Origin: Candidatus Sericytochromatia bacterium | GTDB taxonomy: Bacteria > Cyanobacteriota > Sericytochromatia > S15B-MN24 > JAQBPE01 | Direction: 5' to 3' | Assembly: GCA_040400605.1 (NCBI GenBank) | Contig: JBBAPZ010000032.1 | Coordinates: forward strand, 1 to 13,700 | DNA: 13,700 nt | Part shown: positions 7,532 to 13,700 of the stretch, in pieces | Position numbering within the stretch: the first letter of the stretch is position 1 | Layout of the letters: every line of letters starts with the position of its first letter | Notes under the pieces: generated by a model | The model's database searches: none | Told to the model about the DNA's origin: nothing | Seen by the model: the letters and a program-made list of their open reading frames with translations, nothing else | Position numbers and translations under genes: made by a program

Positions 7532-8568
7532 GCGACGAGAGTCCGTTTGGGGCGCATCGTGTGCTGATGCCGGCTGGTGTGTTGCCGTATCAGGCTGAAC
7601 GACTGGAATTGGACTCGTCATTGCGTGCGCACGAGGTGCGTTTGGCGGTGCAGGCGTTGAATCTGGATTCAGCCAGTTTCGTGCAGATCGCACACGAGGC
7701 CGCGGGCGATGAAACACGGATGCGGGAGCGCATCGAGGCGATCGTTGCTGCGCGTGGCAAGATGCACAATCCCGTCACCGGTTCGGGTGGGGTGCTCATC
7801 GGGCACGTCACGGAAGTGGGAGTGGCTCGTAGCGATTTAAGCTTGGGCGACCGGGTGATTACCCTCGTGTCGTTGACCACGACACCGTTGCGCCTTACAC
7901 GCTTGGGGGTGATCGACTCACAGTCGCACCAGATTGAGGCCGAAGGCGAAGCGTTGCTGTTTGAACGCAGCCTGTATGCCATGCTGCCAACCGATTTGGA
8001 TGAAAAGCTGGTTTTGGGTGTGTTGGATGTCTGTGGCGCACCCGCACAAACCCAGCGGCTGGTAAAGCCTGGGATGCGCGTGGTTATTCTGGGGGCAGGG
8101 GGCAAGAGTGGCTTGCTGGCGACCTGGGTGGCTGCGCGTCAGGTCGGGCCAACGGGGCAGGTGATCGCAATCGAGTATGCGCCTGCCGGACTCCGGAAGC
8201 TTGGCGCCATCGCAGGCCCTGTGCTCGTGCGGCAAGGAGACGCGCGCGATGCCTTGATGACTCACCACCTGGTGATCGAGGCGACGGGCGGCCGCGGTGC
8301 GGACCTCGTGATCAATTGCGTCAACCTGCCTCACACCGAAATGGCCAGCATCCTGAGCGCCCGACAGCGCGGCACCGTCTATTTTTTCAGCATGGCAACC
8401 TCGTTTCAGGCAGCCGCCCTAGGCGCGGAAAGCGTGGGCATGGACGTCGACCTCTTGATGGGTAACGGCTACGCCGAAGGACACGCGGCCTACGCCTTGT
8501 CACTCGTGAGAGACAATCCCGATTTGCGCGCGTTGTTGATCCAAACAGGCAACGGCCTTTCGGACTGA
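7528..8568 (+). CDS. kdd: L-erythro-3,5-diaminohexanoate dehydrogenase
   Basis: PFGAHRV..P.GVLP, LNLDSASF, RGKMHNPVTGSGG, LVSLTTTPL, VLDVCGAPAQT, GAGGKSG (Rossmann), FFSMATSF..AALGAE, GNGY..GHA. GTGA overlap with the kce stop indicates translational coupling. Confidence 0.93.
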   Translation: MSDESPFGAHRVLMPAGVLPYQAERLELDSSLRAHEVRLAVQALNLDSASFVQIAHEAAGDETRMRERIEAIVAARGKMHNPVTGSGGVLIGHVTEVGVARSDLSLGDRVITLVSLTTTPLRLTRLGVIDSQSHQIEAEGEALLFERSLYAMLPTDLDEKLVLGVLDVCGAPAQTQRLVKPGMRVVILGAGGKSGLLATWVAARQVGPTGQVIAIEYAPAGLRKLGAIAGPVLVRQGDARDALMTHHLVIEATGGRGADLVINCVNLPHTEMASILSARQRGTVYFFSMATSFQAAALGAESVGMDVDLLMGNGYAEGHAAYALSLVRDNPDLRALLIQTGNGLSD

Positions 8569-8615
8569 CCACCACGTCACGCGCCGGCCGCGATGATGAT
8601 CAATGCAGAAACCAC

Positions 8616-9318
8616 TTAAGCGTCGGGTTCTTGAATGCGGACGTGTATCAATTCATCAAGCCGTTTCAGTCCCAAGAGTTTTTTCGCGGCATTGCGCAGA
8701 AAGTCCTTTACTGTCTCGGGTTCTGCTTGCAGCTCAGCAATCAAGCTTGCCCGACAGGCAACCAAGGTCAGGATGTCCTCGAGATCGTGACTCATCCACG
8801 GGTCGGCGATGCCTCCTCCCTGATGGGCTTCAACTTTTGCGGCGAAACAAATACGGGCCGGAAAGATCCTGAGCGGACGTTCAACGCCGATCTCAACGGT
8901 GATGGCACGGTCGTATCCCGGCTCAAACCACTCATTGCCGAAGCCCAGTACCCCAGCATTGGCAGGCATCAGGTCTAGCAAATGCCCTGCTGCTGTTCGC
9001 ATCCGATAAATTGGGGCAGCCGGATCGTCGATGACCGGGGTCACCCCCACCCGCCCAAGTTCCATCTACAATTATATACAGACGCTGATTGCTTAAGAGC
9101 CATTTGAGTACTTCCAACGTGAGCCCGTATCAATCGCCTGCCACGTCATAGGATTCCAGTTGATCCCTTATTAATAAGAATCTGTATAGCCACGCACGAT
9201 GCGATGAGCTCGCAACGACGACATCCGCATCGCGCATGGGACGGACGCGCAGGCGTTGCGGTCGGGTCAGGGCTCGATCGGTTTTACCACGGTAACCCCC
9301 TGCAGTTACGATTGCGCG
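8616..9318 (-). pseudogene. Decayed nucleotidyltransferase-fold (AbiEii/AbiGii-toxin-like) gene interrupted by a MITE
   Basis: The C-terminal part (8616-9065) has AP(I)YR, LDLMP...LGFGNEWF, AAKVEA and SHDLEDIL. Beyond the MITE, 9246-9189 reads VRPMRDADVVVASSSHRAW, an RxTxDxD-like NTase motif. The junction carries in-frame TAA and TAG. The family call is from recalled motif pattern, and the 5' limit is approximate. Confidence 0.72.
9075..9188. mobile_element. MITE copy 2 (110 bp plus TA duplication)
   Basis: TA|TACAGAcgC...GAATCTGTA|TA. Ungapped alignment to 2381-2494 at offset 6694, same orientation. Lies inside a coding remnant whose frame is restored by removing 112 bp. Confidence 0.88.
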
Positions 9319-9568
9319 TCACCGCCAAGTCCACCCTTGGCACAGCAGTCTAATTTTCGCACCCAATTCGTTGCCTGCGAAAAAGCGCGGATTGACACCC
9401 CAGCTAAAACCCTTAAATCGGGGCAAGCTCGGGTTGAAACGGATCCGCCAAGAAGGCATTACCCCCGGACAAAGGCTGACCAGGGGGTGCAACGGTTTTG
9501 ACTTGACTTGTTAACAGACGGAAACGGCGAGTACGTACTCAGACACCCTTTAAACCAACGACTGTCTG

Positions 9569-10579
9569 TTACTCGGATGCCTCGCCCCGAAGTGCTCTGA
9601 GTAGTCCGGCAATTGGCCACGGACCGGGCCCGATAATGTTTCTAGCAACCGGATTCTCCAGGAAAGGATCCCAGAATTTCAAATCTTCACGCAGTTTGTT
9701 GGCTTCAGCAAGCGCTTCTTTATGGTGGTCATCGGGGAGTTCCTTAGGAATGAATGTGCCTTCACGAGCCATTGCGTTCGCGAGCAATGTGCCGTTTAAA
9801 TGGCCTTTTCCGGCGTCGCGTAACTGTCTTAAGCGATCGCCCGCCATCATTCCCAAAATCGACGCGCGGAAATCTTCCATAGACGCGCCGTTGACAGTTA
9901 CGCCTTCTAATCCCGCGAACATCTTTGTCACTTCGAGTGGCTTGTGTTTGCGGACTGCGGCCGACAGAGGCGTCTCCTGCAAAACCGAAGCGGCGAAGGT
10001 CAAACCCATTTTGTCTAACTTGCCAGCAGCGACATAACTCGCCAACACGAAAAAGCCTGTGTGAGAAACCTGTCCATTCGTACCATCAGCCAGTTTAGGG
10101 TCCAACGTGCCTTTGGCCATGGTGCGATCCAACGCAAATGCGTTGTGATCAGGACGCACACCTGTATCCTTCATGTATGAAATTACTTGCGTTTTACCAC
10201 TATCGACTTTGGCAAGATTTTCAACCTCTTGCCGATGCAAAAAAGTCATTCCAGCAACCGCCATCGCCGCATCACTGCGCTCTTGCGCCGAAACACCGGG
10301 AGCGAGTGCCGAGATCTGTCGCCAGGCCGTGTCAAAAGCCACCCGGGTCAATTCTACCGTATCAGCGCTTCGAGCTACTTTGGCCTTTACCTTGGTTTCG
10401 GTCACCTGAAAAGCCTGTCGCACGACTGCAGGCGGCACTCTCCCAGGTTTTTCTGTCACCTTTGGACTACCTGCGGGCTGAGCCTGCAAAATTCTGCGTT
10501 CCATAGATTTGACGGGGGCTGCCGGAACAACCGGGTAAGAAGGCTTTTGCCCACCGTTGTTGACTGATGCCCCTGTCAT
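9569..10579 (-). CDS. Hypothetical protein: disordered P/A/K/V-rich N-terminus and helical core with H...E...DxxxSxxGxxxG motif
   Basis: 336-aa ORF, ATG with AGGAG 7 nt upstream, longest ORF in the interval. No confidently recognised family. Confidence 0.8.
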   Translation of the reverse strand: MTGASVNNGGQKPSYPVVPAAPVKSMERRILQAQPAGSPKVTEKPGRVPPAVVRQAFQVTETKVKAKVARSADTVELTRVAFDTAWRQISALAPGVSAQERSDAAMAVAGMTFLHRQEVENLAKVDSGKTQVISYMKDTGVRPDHNAFALDRTMAKGTLDPKLADGTNGQVSHTGFFVLASYVAAGKLDKMGLTFAASVLQETPLSAAVRKHKPLEVTKMFAGLEGVTVNGASMEDFRASILGMMAGDRLRQLRDAGKGHLNGTLLANAMAREGTFIPKELPDDHHKEALAEANKLREDLKFWDPFLENPVARNIIGPGPWPIAGLLRALRGEASE

Positions 10580-10751
10580 GCTATCACTCCTGCCTGATTG
10601 CTGTCCGAACAGCGACCCGCATCACTGACGATTCAGTGTTCAACCCAAGTCAGTGCCATCATCCCGCATTACAAAAGTTGCTAAATGTCGTGACAATTTG
10701 ACTGTAAATGCGCTAAGCAGCAAAACATCCTAAACCACTGATTTCGGAAAA

Positions 10752-11195
10752 ATGCAAAACCTGTACCGACGTGCGCAATTTATGTATACCCAGTGTAACG
10801 ATGAACGAAACATCCTGCGATTGGACGGACGAACCATCAATTTCACCGTTCAGACGACAATTACCAAGCCAAGACGTGAGGGTAACAAGACGGATTTCGG
10901 TTGCTATCGGCGTCGTGCTATAAAGGAGACTTAACAAACTACCAGTCAAGTTGACGAATGGCTTGCCAGCAGTCAATATTGCCATCCGTCGCTTGCGTTG
11001 AGCGGCACCCACCCTGCCTTGGGATCTGTTCAGACAAATGGGAGACAGTACAGTTTTACGATGTTCTCCTGTCACCAGGGCATGATGAAGACTTTTTTCA
11101 TGATGTCACGTCAGGGTATGGCGACTTTGTACGGTACTGTCAGGCCGTCGACAGAGCGACTCGAGAACGTTAAGATGGAACCGACATTTTTCTGA
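10752..11195 (+). other. Lower-GC unassigned segment, possible gene remnant
   Basis: ORFs 10752..10934 and 10998..11195 share a frame broken only by TAA at 10932-10934. No recognisable motifs. Confidence 0.2.
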
Positions 11196-11207
11196 GGATA
11201 TGGTTTC

Positions 11208-11882
11208 GTGCGCATCTTGATCGTCGAAGATGAACCCGCCATGCTCGAGGGCTTGTTAGATGTGCTGACCATCCAAGGCTATACTGTCGTGGCGGCCACG
11301 CGCGGTCGTGAGGGGCTTGCGCGCATGCGCAACGGTGGCTGGCAGCTTGCCATCCTCGATGCCATGCTGCCGGAACTGTCCGGCTTCGAGATCCTGAAGG
11401 CCGTGCGTGAAGCGGGCGATCGCACGCCCGTGATCATGCTGACCGCCCGCAACACGGAGGTTGATAAGCTCATGGGCTTCCAACTCGGCGTAGACGACTA
11501 TGTCACAAAGCCTTTCTCGATCATGGAATTGCTGTGTCGGATCCAGGCTGTGTTGCGCCGCTGCGCCCCGGAGCCTGCGTCTACATCCCTCACACTGGGC
11601 GAGGCCATGGTCGACTTCAATGCTTACGCAATTGTGCGCCGGGGTCACGCGATGGCGCTGCCGGCCAAAGCGATCGCAATCCTCAAGGTATTGCATGCGC
11701 GGGCCGGCGAGGTCGTCACGCGCGACACCCTGATCGACGAGATCTGGGGTATTGATGAGTACGTCCACCAGCGCACGGTCAACAACATGATCGGGAAACT
11801 GCGCGCTGCGATCGAGGCCGACGCGGAGCACCCGCGCCACATCAAGACTATCCACGGCGTTGGTTACCGGCTGGACCTGTGA
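11208..11882 (+). CDS. OmpR/PhoB-family DNA-binding response regulator
   Basis: RILIVEDE, LAILDAMLP (phospho-Asp), PVIMLTAR, DDYVTKPF, winged-helix C-terminus (KLRAAIE...IKTIHGVGYRL). GAGGA RBS at 11194-11198. Confidence 0.96.
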   Translation: MRILIVEDEPAMLEGLLDVLTIQGYTVVAATRGREGLARMRNGGWQLAILDAMLPELSGFEILKAVREAGDRTPVIMLTARNTEVDKLMGFQLGVDDYVTKPFSIMELLCRIQAVLRRCAPEPASTSLTLGEAMVDFNAYAIVRRGHAMALPAKAIAILKVLHARAGEVVTRDTLIDEIWGIDEYVHQRTVNNMIGKLRAAIEADAEHPRHIKTIHGVGYRLDL

Positions 11883-13411
11883 AGCTTACCGCTGTTCGCG
11901 CGCTCTGGGGCTGGTGGGCCATGCTGGGAATGCTCGGCCTCGTGCTGTGGGTGAGCGCTCTGAGCCAGGCCGTCACGGGTGAGCTGCGCGCGCGCCAGGC
12001 CGAAGCCGCGCCGCGTGTCAAGCAGTTGCGGGACGCCTTCGGCCAGCTGCGCGACCGTCAGCACGACGTGCCGCGCGGCCTGTTGGAGGATTTCCAGCGC
12101 GAGCGCCTGACGCTCGGCGGCCTGGTCGGCGTCCGGCTCCAGGCGGAGCCGTTTTTCAACGTGGCGCTGGTCGACGCGCGTGGCCGCCATCTGCTGGCGG
12201 GCGATCGCAGCGACGCTCCGCCGGCCTGGGCCGTCGCCGCAGCCGCAGCGCTGCCGCCGACGGGCTGGCTCGTGGCCCTGCGGCCGCTGCCCGGCGTCCA
12301 CGCACTCGGCGCGCCCGCGGGCGGCTACCTGCTATTGGCCGCTCACCACCCCCACGGCCAGCTCCTGCTCGCCAACGCCAACCTCGCGCACGTCTTTGGT
12401 CCCTGGCTGGCCGCGCAGGCGGCGGCAGCCGGGCTGGCGCACGTCGATGTGCTCGGGCCGGAGGCCACGTGGCGACCCGAGCCGCCTCTGCCTGCGGCCT
12501 TGCCCGGCCTGCCGCCCACCGCCTGGTCCTACCGCGTCGCGACCTTCTTTCCGGAAGGCGCCCACCCGTTCCAGCAGGTGCGCGTGGTGGTCGATGCGGA
12601 GTCGGACGTGCGGCGCCTGGTGGCGAAGTATGTGCTCGCGCTGGCGACCTTCGCCTTGGTCATGGGCTCCCTCGCGCTCTCAATCACCCTGGCTGCGCGC
12701 GACGTGCGCCGGGCGCTCGCGCTGGCAGCGGCACGCTCGAACTTCACAGCCATGGTCGGCCACGAGCTGCGCACGCCCGTAGCCGCAATCCGAATGTACG
12801 GCGAGATCCTCGTCCATGGCTTGGTCCAGGATCCGACCAAGACCGCGTGCTACCACCGCACGATCCTGAGAGAAGCCGGACGGCTGCAACGGCTGATCGA
12901 GCACCTGCTGGACCTGGGGAAGATCGAGCGCGGTGCGTGTACCTACGCGCTGGCACCGTACGACGCCAACGAGCTGGTGGAGACGGCTATCGCAGAGGCC
13001 CTGGCCGCCACTCCAGCCGACGCGGTGTACCAGATCGAGCGCACGCTTGCGCCCATGCTACCGGCGGCGCGGGCTGATCGGGTGGCGGCGACGCAGGCGA
13101 TCGCGAACCTCGTCTCCAACGCCTTGAAGTATGGTGGCAAGCCGCCGCAGGTCCATGTCGTCACGCGGCACCAGGGCGACACCGTCGTGGTGGAGGTGCT
13201 GGACCGCGGTCCGGGTATCCCGCCCGCGCAGCGCCAGGCGATTTTTGAACCCTTCGTGCGGCTGGAAGATGAGGCCCGTCGCGAGTCACAGGGCACGGGC
13301 CTGGGACTCGCGCTAATCAAGGGTTACATGGAGGGCCAGGGTGGTCACGTCTGCGTCGAGGAACGCGCGGGGGGCGGCAGTGTCTTCCGCCTCACATTCC
13401 CTGCGGCATGA
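11879..13411 (+). CDS. Membrane-bound sensor histidine kinase (HisKA + HATPase_c)
   Basis: Two hydrophobic segments flank an extracytoplasmic region. H-box VGHELRTP, N-box NLVSNALKY, G1 DRGPGIP, F-box IFEPF, G2 GTGLGL. GTGA overlap with the regulator. Confidence 0.95.
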   Translation: MKLTAVRALWGWWAMLGMLGLVLWVSALSQAVTGELRARQAEAAPRVKQLRDAFGQLRDRQHDVPRGLLEDFQRERLTLGGLVGVRLQAEPFFNVALVDARGRHLLAGDRSDAPPAWAVAAAAALPPTGWLVALRPLPGVHALGAPAGGYLLLAAHHPHGQLLLANANLAHVFGPWLAAQAAAAGLAHVDVLGPEATWRPEPPLPAALPGLPPTAWSYRVATFFPEGAHPFQQVRVVVDAESDVRRLVAKYVLALATFALVMGSLALSITLAARDVRRALALAAARSNFTAMVGHELRTPVAAIRMYGEILVHGLVQDPTKTACYHRTILREAGRLQRLIEHLLDLGKIERGACTYALAPYDANELVETAIAEALAATPADAVYQIERTLAPMLPAARADRVAATQAIANLVSNALKYGGKPPQVHVVTRHQGDTVVVEVLDRGPGIPPAQRQAIFEPFVRLEDEARRESQGTGLGLALIKGYMEGQGGHVCVEERAGGGSVFRLTFPAA

Positions 13412-13473
13412 CCAAAGCATGTCATTTTCGCGTCAAAGCGGGGACGACAGCGCCCCCCCCCTCTCGCTAAGCT
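13410..13473 (+). promoter_or_regulatory. Putative OmpR/PhoB-type tandem binding sites and -10 element upstream of the MORN-repeat gene
   Basis: GTCA at 13421 and 13432 (11-bp period), with degenerate GACC at 13410 and GACG at 13443 in the same phase. C9 run at 13453-13461; TAAGCT at 13468-13473. Confidence 0.4.
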
Positions 13474-13497
13474 GGGTACGATAAGGAGGAACATACT

Positions 13498-13700
13498 ATG
13501 AATTCCATCACCATCATGACCCTCGCCACACTCTTCGTTGCCGCTCCACCAGTGGCGGAGGAAGGCAGCTTCGCCGACGGCAAGCGCCACGGCACCTGGA
13601 CTGAGTACCTCAAAGACGGCCACAAGGGCGCGGAGTCGCACTATGCGCATGGCCTCAAGACAGGCCACTGGACCAAGTGGTACGAGGACGGCCACGTTGC
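13498..13700 (+). CDS. MORN-variant repeat protein (YwqK-like), probably exported; 3'-partial
   Basis: Absent from the ORF track because it has no stop in the window. TAAGGAGG at 13482-13489, ATG 13498. Translates MNSITIMTLATLFVAAPPVAEEGSFADGKRHGTWTEYLKDGHKGAESHYAHGLKTGHWTKWYEDGHV: repeated G..HG.W..Y..DG units after a hydrophobic N-terminus. Confidence 0.88.
   Translation, partial: MNSITIMTLATLFVAAPPVAEEGSFADGKRHGTWTEYLKDGHKGAESHYAHGLKTGHWTKWYEDGHV

Noticed and set aside
8932..9117. 61-aa minus ORF starting within MITE copy 2, and the 2298..2543 ORF over copy 1
   Set aside because: Chance frames across non-coding repeat DNA; no transposase motifs, and not conserved as ORFs between the copies.
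9392..9540. TTGACA at 9392 and palindromes TGTTAACA and GAGTACGTACTC (9529-9540)
   Set aside because: No well-spaced -10, no downstream + strand gene, and short palindromes occur by chance.
12180..13077. Two ~200-aa alternative-frame ORFs inside the kinase
   Set aside because: Arg/Pro/Ala-rich off-frame products of very high GC sequence.
13345..13695. 116-aa minus-strand ORF
   Set aside because: Antisense to the MORN-repeat gene, which has a perfect RBS and recognisable repeats.

Overview
Bacterial chromosomal window with mostly recognisable genes. In order: the 3' part of an EF-hand, Ala/Gln-rich protein with an intrinsic terminator; two convergent lipoprotein peptidases (M14 zinc carboxypeptidase, S8 subtilase); an HTH-fused metallo-beta-lactamase-fold hydrolase; an EVE-domain protein; a CBM20-like/esterase gene followed by kce-kdd of lysine catabolism; a decayed nucleotidyltransferase-like gene; an orphan 336-aa protein; a GC-rich OmpR/PhoB-family two-component system; and the start of a MORN-repeat protein. 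The best-supported unannotated signal is a ~110-bp fold-back miniature transposon (TA|TACAGA...TCTGTA|TA, IS630/Tc1-mariner-like ends) present in two ungapped copies, 90/115 nt identical. One copy splits the nucleotidyltransferase pseudogene, and removing it plus one TA restores the reading frame. The other appears nested inside a second TA|TACA-ended element. Also notable: a VanZ/lipocone-like H-E-D motif in the orphan protein, and nine GCGATCGC (HIP1) octamers. No rRNA, tRNA, CRISPR array or intact transposase was recognised. All alignments and counts were done by hand.
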